DNA of 64,000 nucleotides, taken from NCBI GenBank assembly GCA_963729875.1, contig CAVSPR010000006.1:121368-185367 (forward strand), written 5' to 3'. How positions within the stretch are numbered: the first letter of the stretch is position 1; every line of letters begins with the position of its first letter. The notes below the pieces were generated by a model that did no database searches, had not been told where the DNA came from, and saw only the letters and a list, made by a program, of their open reading frames with translations. The position numbers were made by a program, and so were the translations under genes. Below, in pieces: positions 28,882-38,834 of this stretch. This DNA is from an uncultured Acidobacteriota bacterium. GTDB taxonomy: Bacteria; Acidobacteriota; Vicinamibacteria; Fen-336.

Positions 28882-30034
28882 CTAGAACGACCAGCCGAGG
28901 CCGAAGATCAGCCGCGTGTCGTCCCGCCTCGGGAAGCTGCCGTCCTCGAGCGGCTGCGGATCCTGGACCCGGTCCCACACCCAGGCGACGTTGACGTCGA
29001 AGTCGCTGGTCAGCTCGATCTCGACCCCCGTGTCGAGGTGGTGGGTGTAGGTGCCGGACGCCTCGTCGGTGAAGAACGCGTTGTAGTAGGCGTGGAAGTC
29101 GATCGACTTCGTGAAGTCGTGGTCGAAGCGGGTGCCGACGCGCAGCGCCAGGCTGTCGGCCGACTCCTCGCCGTCGACGGGGGCGCTGTCCCACTGGGTG
29201 GACTGCCACGCGGGACCGGCGGTCACGCTCCAGGACGTGCGGGGAGTGTCGACGATCTCGTAGCCGAGGCCCGCCGTGGCCGTCCAGCGGTCGGCGACAT
29301 TCTGGAACGGGTCGCGGTACCACTCGAGGCCGACCACGTTGACGAACCACTTCTTGCTCAGGAAGTGGTCCCAGCCGACGGTGACCCGGTGGTTGTTGGT
29401 CGTGTCCGACGTCGTCGATGCGGGTGATGGTGCCGATGTAGTCGAAGGCGCTGCGATTCCGGACCGACCGGCGCATCGTCCCCAGCCGTGCCGTGTAGTC
29501 GATCTGGTCGCTGTTGCCGCGGCGGATGTTGCCGCCCACGTTCGCGTAGCCGGACCAGTAGTCGATCTCCCGGGCGCTGCCGACGACGATCGTCAGGATC
29601 TCCGGCCGTCCGAAGGCCGTCTCGCCGGATTCGGCGATCACCCGGGCGTTGGCACCCTCGAGGACCAGCCGGCCCATGGCCGGCTTGCGGCTGGCGTCGG
29701 CGAACCCCACCTGCACGACCCGCGACGTGCGGATCTCCTTGATGTCGGCGAAGTCGAACGTGTGAACGCCGAGCTCCTTGCTGTCGAACTCGAGCTTGCC
29801 GTCGTACATCGAGAGGATCTTCCCCTTGAGCCACTCGTCCGACGGCAGCCGGATCCAGTCGAAGTCCGTCGGCAGGCCGTCCGGGGCCTTCGGCTGCCAG
29901 GGTTGCTTGCCGTCGTCGGCTCGAGCCGCCGGAACCGCGAGCATCGAGGCCAGGAGTCCGACCACGGCCAGGCGGAGGGCGCGCGCGCGGCGCGGACGGC
30001 CCTGATCCGGCCAGTCCCTACTTGCCGTCATCAT
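28882..30034 (-). CDS. DUF481-like outer-membrane beta-barrel protein; apparent frameshift near 29407
   Basis: [32 protein letters not shown]; continues after one extra G as DTTNNHRV...EWYRDPFQN...LIFGLGWSF (terminal Phe). Confidence 0.8.
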
Positions 30035-30719
30035 CGCTCAGCCAGCGGCCGACGGCACCGGCCGCGGCCGCGCCGAGGATCGGGGCCACCCAGAAGAGCC
30101 ACAGCTGCGCGAGCGCCCAGCCACCCACGAAGAGGGCCGGGGCCGTGCTGCGGGCCGGGTTCACCGAGGTGTTGGTCACGGGGATGCCGACCAGGTGGAT
30201 CAGGGTCAGCGCGAGGCCGATGGCGATCGGGGCGAAGCCGGCCGGCGCCCGCCGGTCGGTCGAGCCGAGGATCACGAGCAGGAAGAAGAACGTCAGCACC
30301 ACCTCGGCCACGAAGCCGGCGACCAGCGAGTAGCCGCCGGGCGAGTGCTCGGCGTAGCCGTTCGCGGCGAAGCCGCTGCCGGCGAGGTCGAACCCGGCCT
30401 TGCCGGTGGCGATCAGCGAGAGGACGAATGCCCCCGCCAAAGCACCCAGGACCTGGGCGACCCAGTAGGGCAGGATCTCGCCGGCCTTGAAGCGGCCCCC
30501 CGCCCACAGACCCACGGTCACGGCAGGGTTGAAGTGGCCCCCCGAGATGTGGCCGACCGCGTACGCCATCGTCAGCACCGTGAGGCCGAAGGCCAGCGCC
30601 ACCCCCGCGAAGCCGATCCCGAGCTCGGGGAAGGCGGCGGCGAGCACCGCGCTGCCGCACCCTCCGAACACGAGCCACGCCGTCCCCAGGAACTCCGCCC
30701 CCAGCTTCTTCGTCATCAT
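30018..30719 (-). CDS. aqpZ: aquaporin Z
   Basis: [46 protein letters not shown]. Confidence 0.96.
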   Translation of the reverse strand: MMTKKLGAEFLGTAWLVFGGCGSAVLAAAFPELGIGFAGVALAFGLTVLTMAYAVGHISGGHFNPAVTVGLWAGGRFKAGEILPYWVAQVLGALAGAFVLSLIATGKAGFDLAGSGFAANGYAEHSPGGYSLVAGFVAEVVLTFFFLLVILGSTDRRAPAGFAPIAIGLALTLIHLVGIPVTNTSVNPARSTAPALFVGGWALAQLWLFWVAPILGAAAAGAVGRWLSDDDGK

Positions 30720-30800
30720 CTCGATCTCTCCTCAATCCCCCGCCGCGGGCAGGGTCACTCCGACACCGCGTCTCTCCCCCAAGGGCGAGGCGCAGTAGCC

Positions 30801-31980
30801 CTAGAGAAGGGCGCCGACGATCTTCTTCAGGACTTCCTTGATCGGAACCTGGGTGGAGAGTAGCACGACGATGGGAACCAGGGCCGGGACCCCGATGGCA
30901 AGCAGGGTGGACTTGCCGAATGGCAGAGGCCGCATCCTGCGCACCGCATCGTAGAGGGCCAGCGTGTCGGCCACCGGCCCGATCTCCGGGGCCTGCAGGA
31001 GCGCGTCGCCTGCCTGCGCCTCGCCCAGGATCCAGCGCTGGCGCACGAGGCGCCCGTGCTTGCCGACCAGGGCGCCGTACTCCAGCAGGGCGCGACGCTT
31101 GGCCTTGGCGAGGGGGCCGGCGAGGGCCAGCAGCGGCGCCACGCAGATGACGATCAGCAGCACCACGAAGGCGCCGAGCACACCCTTCAGCGACTGAACG
31201 GCGACCCCGTGGTACATCACGTCGTGGGCCAGGCGCGAGGCCACGACCGCCGAGGTGGCGAAGGCCAGCAGGCTGAAGGCCTTCGGCAGGTCCTTCACGA
31301 ATCCCAGGCCGCCGGCCCCGTCGGGGTGGGTCGGCACGATCGACAGGTCGAGCCCGGCGATGCGCTTGAGCAGCACGAACGCCAGGGCCAGGCGCCACAG
31401 CCAGGCCGCGAGGAGCGCCCCGAAGATCGGGCGACTCACGTACAGGAGCCACCAGCCTCCGAACCCGAGCCCGCCGCCTTCCAGCGCCCACTTCGCCTCG
31501 TGCTCCGCCTCCGTTCCGACGGCGGCGGGCTGCAGGATCGTCCAGGCGACCACGAGCACGGCGATCAGCACCCAGGGAAGAGTCCGGTCGCGCAGGCGGG
31601 CGACGCCTCCGAGGATGCGGACGAAGGCCCCCCTCTGCGCGGGCGGGACCACCCCTGAAGTCAGGAAGTAGGGAACGAGCGTCGTGCTCACCCGGTGCGC
31701 CGTGGCCTCGCCCAGGATGAGCGCCGGAACGGCCAGCAGGAAGCGGACGTGCACGCCGAAGTGCATGAGGAGCGGCTCGTCGACGCTGCCCGGCAGTATC
31801 CGGCCCGCTGTAGAGGGCCCAGGCGACGAGCGGCAGCCACGTGAGCAGGGCGAAGAACACGGCCCGGCGCACGACGCCGAGGCCCCCCGCGGGGACCAGC
31901 CGCATCTGCCGCTGCAACCGAAGCGCCACGTCGTCCACGAGGGACAGGGAGAGTGACGGATCGACCGATTGCGTGCTCAT
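30801..31980 (-). CDS. multi-pass membrane hypothetical protein; apparent frameshift near 31805
   Basis: ALLTWLPL...; after one extra G reads GRILPGSVDEPLLMHFGVHVRFLLAVP; PTHPDGAGGLGF; KRRALLEYGAL. Confidence 0.75.
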
Positions 31981-31997
31981 GACGATCGGGCTCCGCG

Positions 31998-32090
31998 CTA
32001 CTTCACGCTGTAGCCGCGACCTTCGAGGCAGGCGCCCCAGGACTTCTCGGACGTCAGGAACAACGCGACCGCCTTCGCCATGCTCGTCAT
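31998..32090 (-). pseudogene. 30-codon remnant of a glycine-zipper-type exported protein
   Basis: GGAGG SD + MTSMAKAVALFLT joined to ...GACLEGRGYSVK*, a C-terminus I associate with Gly-zipper proteins. Confidence 0.45.
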
Positions 32091-32173
32091 CGCCCGCCCT
32101 CCCAATGCGTCCGCGGCGGCGCAGCGGCGGCGCCGCCGCGGACCTTGCTTCTCCCGGGTTGTCGCTCGAACGA

Positions 32174-32582
32174 TCAGTCGCCGGAACGGCGGAACAGGAA
32201 GAACGCCACGATCACGACGAGGATGATCAGGGCACCCCACATGAGCCACGAGGTCCCTCCGCCGGCCGTCTCGGTGCCCACCGGCGCCGGAGCCGGCGTC
32301 CCCGGGGTGGCTCCCGCCGTGGTGTCCGTGGTCGTCGTCGGCGGGCCGGCCGCCGGTCCCGTGGCGGTTCCGGAGCCGGTGCCGCCGGCGGGAGCCGCCG
32401 CCGGCGCTGCTGCTGCCGCCGCCGTCGCTGCTGCCGCTGCGGCGATCGTCGCCTCCACCTCCTTCTCGGTCATGACCTTGGGTGGGCCCTCCGTGATGAG
32501 CGTCGCGGTGAGCTTGTCGCCCTCGTGCAGGTCCGAGAGCTGGACCGGTTGGCCCTCCTTGTAGATGCGGATCCCCCTCCTT
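32174..32582 (-). pseudogene. 5'-truncated (or read-through) beta-domain protein with Ala/Pro/Thr linker and C-terminal TM anchor
   Basis: GIRIYKEGQPVQLSDLHEGDKLTATLITE...LIILVVIVAFFLFRR; no ATG/GTG/TTG before the domain. Confidence 0.55.
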
Positions 32583-32665
32583 TCGAACGGTCCCCGATTG
32601 AATCGTGACCCGCCGCCGGCGGGGGTGGTCCGGGCGACGATGGGCTCAGCCGTGCGACGGACGCC

Positions 32666-33244
32666 TCACTTGGGGGCGGTGCCCGTCACGACGACGTCCT
32701 TCGTGATCACGCTGACCGGCTCCTCGACGATCTTCGTCGCGGTGAGCTTCATGCCCTGGCGGAGCTCCATCGCCTCCAGCTGCTTGCCCTCGACGTCGAA
32801 CTTGAACCCGGACGGCACCTCGTACTGCTTGTTCTCGCCCTTGTCGTTGGTCACGATGATGCTCTTGGGGGAGGCCCAGAACACGGTGCCCTGGGTGATC
32901 GTCGTGGTCCGGTTGACGAGCGGGGTCTCGGTGGTGGTGGCGGTCGACGTCAGCATCGTGCCCAGCTGGAGCTGGTCCAGGGTCTTCGGCACGCCGTCGA
33001 TGATGGCCTTCCTCCCCGGCTCGACGTTGTAGAGCCTGTAGTTGCCGGCCGGGCCCTTCGCGATGAGCCAGTTCGGGCCCTTGGCCACGAGCTCTCCCTT
33101 CACCTGCGCCGTCTGCATCTTGGCCGGTCCCGCCGGCACCGTCTCCTTCGTCTGGGTCGCCTGGGCCGCCGCGCCGGCGGCCAGGCTCAGCACACCGGCC
33201 GCGACCACGAAGACCCGCCACGTCCTGGAAAAGGCTCGCGTCAT
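32666..33244 (-). CDS. exported protein with two OB-fold-like repeats
   Basis: Signal peptide; two repeats (IDGVPKTLDQLQLGTMLT / VEGKQLEAMELRQGMKLT); GAGGAG SD. Confidence 0.8.
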   Translation of the reverse strand: MTRAFSRTWRVFVVAAGVLSLAAGAAAQATQTKETVPAGPAKMQTAQVKGELVAKGPNWLIAKGPAGNYRLYNVEPGRKAIIDGVPKTLDQLQLGTMLTSTATTTETPLVNRTTTITQGTVFWASPKSIIVTNDKGENKQYEVPSGFKFDVEGKQLEAMELRQGMKLTATKIVEEPVSVITKDVVVTGTAPK

Positions 33245-33344
33245 GTCGTTCTCCTCGAGAATCCGTCCCCGACCGCCTCGCGACTCGCCGCCGGTGGGAC
33301 GGGCCCGGCCGCGGTCACCCCCGCCGCGTGCGGCGGGGGTAGGT

Positions 33345-33614
33345 TCACGAATCCGATCCGGCGTTCACGTCGGTCCGGTGCGAGAACTCCTCCAGCTGCT
33401 GAAGCAGCTCGGCCTCGAGCCGGAGCTTCAGTGCCGAATACTCGGCCCGCAGCGTCGGCGAACCCGAGGCCTCGGCACGGTCCACGGCGCCGAGGCAGAT
33501 GGAGTACTCGTCGCAGAGCTCGCGAAAGACGTCGTCCCGGTCGTAGAGAGCCGCCACCTGCCCCCAAAGGCTGGGAAACAGGCGACTCACGACGTCGACG
33601 GACATTGTCATCAC
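33345..33614 (-). CDS. small helical hypothetical protein
   Basis: GGAGG SD; LFP...DDVFRELCDEY...LRLEAEL; preceded by the duplicated promoter element. Confidence 0.65.
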   Translation of the reverse strand: MMTMSVDVVSRLFPSLWGQVAALYDRDDVFRELCDEYSICLGAVDRAEASGSPTLRAEYSALKLRLEAELLQQLEEFSHRTDVNAGSDS

Positions 33615-33656
33615 GGCCTCCGACTGAAGCCACCGTAGGCTCCGGTCTCCGCCCGA

Positions 33657-33689
33657 GTCCAGTTGCAGCCGCGTAAGTTACGGTTGCCG
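33657..33689 (-). promoter_or_regulatory. duplicated promoter/operator element, copy 1
   Basis: 33-bp exact match to 35071-35103; palindrome CGTAA-N-TTACG; followed on the minus strand by TGGACT-18-TACGGT. Confidence 0.75.
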
Positions 33690-33694
33690 AGGGA

Positions 33695-34960
33695 TCAGCC
33701 AAGACGCCCTGCCGTGAGCCGATAGACGAGCACACCGAGGGTCGCGGCCGAGAACATCAGCACGGTGAGCAGCACGGCCAGCCGCCACAGCGCGTAGTCG
33801 ACGACACCGCGCACGCGGGCCAGGGCGGTGTCGATGGCCCGGCATTGAAGCTCTTCCACCGCCACGAGGGCCTCGATTCGCTCCTGGTGGAAGGCCGCCA
33901 GAGCCGCGAGGCGCTCCGCGGTCAGGTAGTCGAAAGCCCGCTGGCGCTGGTCGTTCACCTCCGCGAGCACGGCGCAGTGCTCCGCGGCCAGGACCTCGCG
34001 GACCGCCTGGCCCGCGGCGCCGAGAAGGCCCGGCACGTCGTGCTCGGCCGCCAGCTCGGCGGCGAGGAGCTCGGCCTGCCAGCGGACCTGCCTGGGCAGC
34101 TGCGCCGCGTACGTGTTCAAGCGCTCCGACAGGTTCTGGATGGTGTCCGTGACCTCTCCCACGGCGAGGAAGGCATCCCGGTCCTCGGACCGCCACTCGG
34201 CGAGGACCGGGGCGACGGACGAGCGCGAAGAGAACGCGTGCGCGATCGGGTGCTTCGCGACCCAGCTCTGCACCTTCGCGCGGGCAGCGTCGAAGGCCTT
34301 GCGCGAGGCCGTCATGGCCTGGACGGACGCGTCGGCGTCGGCGAGCAGGTCGAGGGCCTCCGCCCGGGCCACGGGCTGCTGGGCCCCAAAGGCGTCCCGG
34401 CCCGCGCCGGTCTCGACGTACTCCCTGACCTGGAAGGCGAGCGCCCACGTGTCCACGGCGGCGACCAGGGGATCGGCCCGATAGGCCGCGGTGTACACCG
34501 CGGGAACCGCGTCCACCTTGAAGGCGAGGGCGCGGCGGCGGACCGCGGGGTCGCGCGCCTGCGTGCCGATCCGGTCGGCCGTCCGCTCGAGAGCGCCGGC
34601 GAGGCGGTCGGCGAGGTCGTTCACCCGCGTGCGCAGATCGGCGGCGCTGATGCTCACGCCGCCCCCCTTCTTCATGATGTCCGTCTGCCGCGGGGCGACG
34701 CTCGGCGCGAAAGCCGAGGTCACCCGGCCGAGGAGCCCGGCGCCGACCTTGAGCCACGGAGTGTCGGCGGGCCGGGTGTCCTTCGTCGGCACATCCCCCT
34801 TCATTCCACGCCTTCGTCTGCCACCGCGCATCTGCGTCTTGCCCCGGGCATGTGTGAGCTCCGCCGCCGCCGTCTTCCCCTTGTCCTGCGCCAGCGCGGG
34901 CGGGGCCGCACAGGCGAATGCGGCGCCCAGCAGGACGCCAACCCACCCATTCGACCTCAT
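33695..34960 (-). CDS. helical exported protein with C-terminal TM (paralog B of 27563-28765); N-terminus possibly chimeric
   Basis: Near-identical blocks RQTDIM, RRRALAFKVDAVPAVYTAAYRADPL, LSERLNTYAAQ, RWQAELL. Confidence 0.78.
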   Translation of the reverse strand: MRSNGWVGVLLGAAFACAAPPALAQDKGKTAAAELTHARGKTQMRGGRRRRGMKGDVPTKDTRPADTPWLKVGAGLLGRVTSAFAPSVAPRQTDIMKKGGGVSISAADLRTRVNDLADRLAGALERTADRIGTQARDPAVRRRALAFKVDAVPAVYTAAYRADPLVAAVDTWALAFQVREYVETGAGRDAFGAQQPVARAEALDLLADADASVQAMTASRKAFDAARAKVQSWVAKHPIAHAFSSRSSVAPVLAEWRSEDRDAFLAVGEVTDTIQNLSERLNTYAAQLPRQVRWQAELLAAELAAEHDVPGLLGAAGQAVREVLAAEHCAVLAEVNDQRQRAFDYLTAERLAALAAFHQERIEALVAVEELQCRAIDTALARVRGVVDYALWRLAVLLTVLMFSAATLGVLVYRLTAGRLG

Positions 34961-35070
34961 CGGACTGCCCCTCCTTCCCGGACGATCGTGGTGACCTCGC
35001 AACCGGCTGCCGCTCGGCCACGGGGCCCCGCGCGGCGACTGCGGCGACGGTAGGCTCGGTGTCGGCCCGG

Positions 35071-35103
35071 GTCCAGTTGCAGCCGCGTAAGTTACGGTTG
35101 CCG
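35071..35103 (-). promoter_or_regulatory. duplicated promoter/operator element, copy 2
   Basis: GTCCAGTTGCAGCCGCGTAAGTTACGGTTGCCG; minus-strand TGGACC-17-TACCGT follows the palindrome. Confidence 0.75.
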
Positions 35104-35193
35104 CGGGGGGTCGCGCCGAGGTTCAGCCCCGGGAGGTGGGGTTGTTTCGGTCGAATCGCTCTGCTAGCCTCGGCGCGTCCAGGGGGCAGGGGT

Positions 35194-36789
35194 TTGGAGA
35201 CACAGAGGCTCCCCGCGAGCGTGGGAGGGCCCGATCCCGATGCCGTGAGCGGTGCGCTCGAGCGGCTACTCGCGAGCGTCGACTTCGACGCGTCGCCCCG
35301 GTCGCGCGAGTTCCTGCGCCACGTCGTCGAAGAGAGGATGGCGGGCCGGGCGGGGCAGCTGAGCCAGGTCGAGATCGCCCGGCGGGTGTTCAAGCGGCCG
35401 GACGACTTCGATCCGGGCCTCGACCCGATCGTCCGCATCCAGGCGGTGCGCCTGCGGCGCTCGCTCGAGCGCTACTACCTGCTCTCGGGCCACGACGATC
35501 CCGTGCGGATCGAGCTGCCCCGAGGCGGCTACATCCCGGTCCTGCGATGGGCGACGCCCGCCGAGCGGCCGATCCGGCATCCGACCCCCGGCCCGGCGCC
35601 GGGGCCCGACCGGGACGACTGGCCCGTCGTGGTGGTCCACGCCTTCGAGAGCTCCGCGGAGGAGGCGAAGGCGGCCACATTGCTCCGCGAGGAGCTCGCG
35701 ACCGAGCTCGGCCGTTACCAGGACGTGCACGTCGTCCTCGGCGGCCGGCGGGGCGACGCGGAGCGGCCCGCGGGCCGTGGCGCGCATTTCGCGCTGGGAG
35801 GGACCCTCCGCGAAGTCGATGGCGTCCAGCGGGTGAGCGTACGGCTCGTCGACGTCGTCGCGGGCCGCCAGCTCTGGGCGGACGAGTACCACCAGGCCCA
35901 TCCACCCGACCCCACGCGCGAGTTCGAGGAGACCATCGCACAGGTGATCGCGGGGCGCGTCGCGTCCGAGCAGGGAATCGTCGCCCGCACGCTCGCGGAG
36001 CAGTATCAGCTGCGTCCGCTCGACGAGCTGGGTCCGTACGGCGCGCTCCTGCGGTCGTACCACCTGCTGCTCACGCGCGACGCCGCGGAGCTCGGCCCGG
36101 CCATGGAGGCCCTTCGCCGGGCCGTGTCGCAGGACCCCGGGTTCGGCCTGGCGTGGACGCAGCTCGGGCGGCTGTACGCCATGAACTACGCCTTCGAGGT
36201 GGCGCCGATCGACACCCCGATCGAGGAGGCCGTGAGCCTCGCGCAGAGGGGCGTTCATCTCGAGCCGACGAGCCTCCGGAGCCGGGCGGTCCTCGCCGCG
36301 ACCCGGCTCTTTGCGGGGGAGATCGAGGCGGCCCGGGTCGAGGCGGAGCGGGCTCTCACCCTCTGCCCGACGTCACTCGTGTACCTGGACGCGCTCGGCT
36401 GGGTCCTGACCCTCCTCGGGTGCTGGGAGCGTGGCCGCGCGCTCGTCGATCGCGCGATCGAGCGCAACCCGTACCACCTCCCGTTCGTGTTCCACGCCCG
36501 GTGGGTCGACCACATCCGCCGCGGCGAGTGGGACGAGGCCTACGGCGCGGCGGTCCGGTACACCGACGCCGTGTGGTTCTGGCGGCCGCTCATGCTCGCC
36601 TCCACTTTGGGGCTGCTGGGGCGACGTGCCGAGGCGGAGCGGATCGCGGCGGACCTGGTTCGGGAGCGGCCGGACTTCCCGACCCGGGGACGCACGCTGA
36701 TCGGCCGGCTCATCAAGTTCCCCGAGGTGTCGGAGCCGATCGTCGAGGGCCTGAGGCTGGCCGGCCTGCACCTCGCACCGGAGCGCTAG
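35194..36789 (+). CDS. putative regulator: N-terminal wHTH-like domain + TolB-like + TPR
   Basis: SPRSREFLRHVV...EIARRVFKRPDDFDPGLDPIVRIQAVRLRRSLERYY...RIELPRGGYIP; TPRs; TTG start; extended -10 TGCTAGCCT at 35162. Confidence 0.82.
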   Translation: METQRLPASVGGPDPDAVSGALERLLASVDFDASPRSREFLRHVVEERMAGRAGQLSQVEIARRVFKRPDDFDPGLDPIVRIQAVRLRRSLERYYLLSGHDDPVRIELPRGGYIPVLRWATPAERPIRHPTPGPAPGPDRDDWPVVVVHAFESSAEEAKAATLLREELATELGRYQDVHVVLGGRRGDAERPAGRGAHFALGGTLREVDGVQRVSVRLVDVVAGRQLWADEYHQAHPPDPTREFEETIAQVIAGRVASEQGIVARTLAEQYQLRPLDELGPYGALLRSYHLLLTRDAAELGPAMEALRRAVSQDPGFGLAWTQLGRLYAMNYAFEVAPIDTPIEEAVSLAQRGVHLEPTSLRSRAVLAATRLFAGEIEAARVEAERALTLCPTSLVYLDALGWVLTLLGCWERGRALVDRAIERNPYHLPFVFHARWVDHIRRGEWDEAYGAAVRYTDAVWFWRPLMLASTLGLLGRRAEAERIAADLVRERPDFPTRGRTLIGRLIKFPEVSEPIVEGLRLAGLHLAPER

Positions 36790-38774
36790 AAGCCGCCCAG
36801 CCTCCAGGTGGCGTAGGCGCGGACCTGCGGCACGCGGTCGTCGTTCTCGACGAGCAGCGGGTTGCCGTAGTGGCTCTTGCGCAGGAAGAGGTCGCCGTCG
36901 ATGCCGATGCCGAACCCACCGGCGATGGGCGCCCGCAGGCGCACAGTGGCGACCTGGAGGTCGTGGTCGGCGTCGCCGCCGTTCGCCGGGGTGTCGTTCG
37001 TGGCGTGGATCCACTGGTAGCGGTAGGTGGCCTGCACGACCGGGTGCTTTCCCACGAGGAGCAAGGCCTCCGCCCGGGCGCCGAGACCCGGCCCGTACTC
37101 CCAGCGACGAAGCTCCTTCGTGCTCCCCGACGGGTCGGTGAGCTCGAACTTCGAGTTGATGGAGCCGAGCACCGTCCCGATGAGGTCGGCGTGCAGCTCC
37201 AGCCGCGTCGAGGGTGAGAGGGCGAAGCGGTGGGAGAGGCCGAGGGCGAAGCTCTGGGCCGCGAACTCCCACGTCCGCTGGTTCACGTAGTCGAAGTGCT
37301 GGACGAGGGCGATCGCCCCGTCGCGCGCGCCGGGCTCTCCGAAGGGCTTCGAGAGGAGGTCGCCGCGGATCGTCATGAGCCCGGCGGGGTCGACGTCGTC
37401 CGTGAAGTTGATCTGCGTCTGCATCCAGAACGAGTCGTACGGGCGGCGCCGCTCGTTGTCGAAGACGCTGCCGTAGGCGACGAACAGGTCGGCGAAGGCA
37501 GCGGTCTTCGCTCCGTCGCCGTTCAGCTCCCCCTCGTTCCCGACCCGCCGCGCGCCGAGCGAGACGAGGGCGCCCAGGCGCCTCGGGCGCCAGTCGAGCG
37601 GCTCCTCCGGGTTGGGGGAGCGGTACTGGTCGCGGAAGAGCCCGCGGTTGAAGCCCCGCACGATGTCGAAGGGGAAGATGGCGGCTTCCCGGATCACGCG
37701 GCTCACTCCCTTGTCGCGGTTGTCGAGGATGACCGACCCGAGGCGGTGGATCATCTCGCCCATGGCGATCCCCCCGAGGGAGGTCGAGACCACGTCGTTC
37801 CCCGACATCTTCAGGGTCTCGCCGCAGCACTCCCAGAGGAAGCTGCCGCCCACCGCGATCGCGGAGGAGCCCCAGAACCCGAGGCCGGTCGAGCGGCCGG
37901 TGCTGTAGAAGAGCGCCCCGTTCCACGGGTGGTAGAAGTTGTTGGTGTCGAACTTGTTCTGGTCGATCTCGAAGCCACGCTCGAGGTTCCGCCACCACGT
38001 GAGGGGGCTGACCTGGACGTAGTTGGAGTCGTGGATGTACTCGTTCTGGATGGAGGCGAAGCCGAAGTCGACCAGCAGCTGGCCGATCGCGAGCCCGGGG
38101 CTGCGGCGGACGCCCCAGGGCAGCGGCGGGCCGGTGTATCCCGGCGACCCGGCGCGGCCGAACGGCCTCCAGGTCAGCCCGACGCGTCCCGTGAACGCGC
38201 TCAGGGAGTCGATCTGCGCCCCGTCGCCCAGCGGCAGAGCGTCCGCCTGCTGCCCCAGGTAGTTGAGGGACAGGTCGAGGGCGACCGAACCGTTGATGTC
38301 GATCTCGACCCCGGGAGCGAGGCTGTAGCTCCAACCGTCCACGGCCGGCGCCGCCCGGTCGAGGGTCACCTGGTCGTGCAGGCGCGTGAGCCCGAGCCGA
38401 GCCTGCAGGTAGGGGCGGACACGCGCCCGCGGCCACGGGGAGAACGTCCCGTAAAGATAGAAGGGAGCCGCGGAGACCTCTTCGAAGGGAACGGGCTCGA
38501 CGGTCCGGAAGCGATGGAACTCGTACCCGATCCCGCCGCGGAAGCGGCCCTTCTCGAGGAAGAGGTTGAAGTCCGCGCTCCAGGTGTCGTCGAGAAAGTC
38601 ACTCGCCGCCCCGGTCGCGCGGCCGTAGCCGATCGCTCCGGTGAAGCCGTACCGGAGGTGGTCGGGTTCCGCGGAGGCTTCCTGGCCGGCCGCGGGCAGG
38701 GCGGGGAGTGCCAGGGCCACGACCAGGGCGAGGGCGCGCCCGCGGGAGAGGGATCGGAGGGGGGGAAGAGCCAT
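36786..38774 (-). CDS. outer-membrane protein: small beta-barrel fused to DUF3943-like domain
   Basis: Signal peptide; VRPYLQARLG barrel segment; DQNKFDTNNFYHPWNGALFYSTGRS...GSFLWE...SGND...GGIAMGEMIHR. Confidence 0.8.
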   Translation of the reverse strand: MALPPLRSLSRGRALALVVALALPALPAAGQEASAEPDHLRYGFTGAIGYGRATGAASDFLDDTWSADFNLFLEKGRFRGGIGYEFHRFRTVEPVPFEEVSAAPFYLYGTFSPWPRARVRPYLQARLGLTRLHDQVTLDRAAPAVDGWSYSLAPGVEIDINGSVALDLSLNYLGQQADALPLGDGAQIDSLSAFTGRVGLTWRPFGRAGSPGYTGPPLPWGVRRSPGLAIGQLLVDFGFASIQNEYIHDSNYVQVSPLTWWRNLERGFEIDQNKFDTNNFYHPWNGALFYSTGRSTGLGFWGSSAIAVGGSFLWECCGETLKMSGNDVVSTSLGGIAMGEMIHRLGSVILDNRDKGVSRVIREAAIFPFDIVRGFNRGLFRDQYRSPNPEEPLDWRPRRLGALVSLGARRVGNEGELNGDGAKTAAFADLFVAYGSVFDNERRRPYDSFWMQTQINFTDDVDPAGLMTIRGDLLSKPFGEPGARDGAIALVQHFDYVNQRTWEFAAQSFALGLSHRFALSPSTRLELHADLIGTVLGSINSKFELTDPSGSTKELRRWEYGPGLGARAEALLLVGKHPVVQATYRYQWIHATNDTPANGGDADHDLQVATVRLRAPIAGGFGIGIDGDLFLRKSHYGNPLLVENDDRVPQVRAYATWRLGGF

Positions 38775-38834
38775 GGCGCGAGCGCCGAAGTCTACCAGAA
38801 GGCCGTCACGGCCGAGGCTCGCGCCGACGGGCGC

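Noticed and set aside
27563-30034. 823-aa ORF fusing a DUF481 N-terminus to the helical protein (likewise 30031-31980 and 11045-12700)
   Set aside because: Artefacts of frameshifts or off-frame read-through; the downstream genes have their own SD and ATG
33657-35103. The 33-bp repeats as ends of a mobile element
   Set aside because: No transposase or integrase between them; the conservation pattern fits promoter elements
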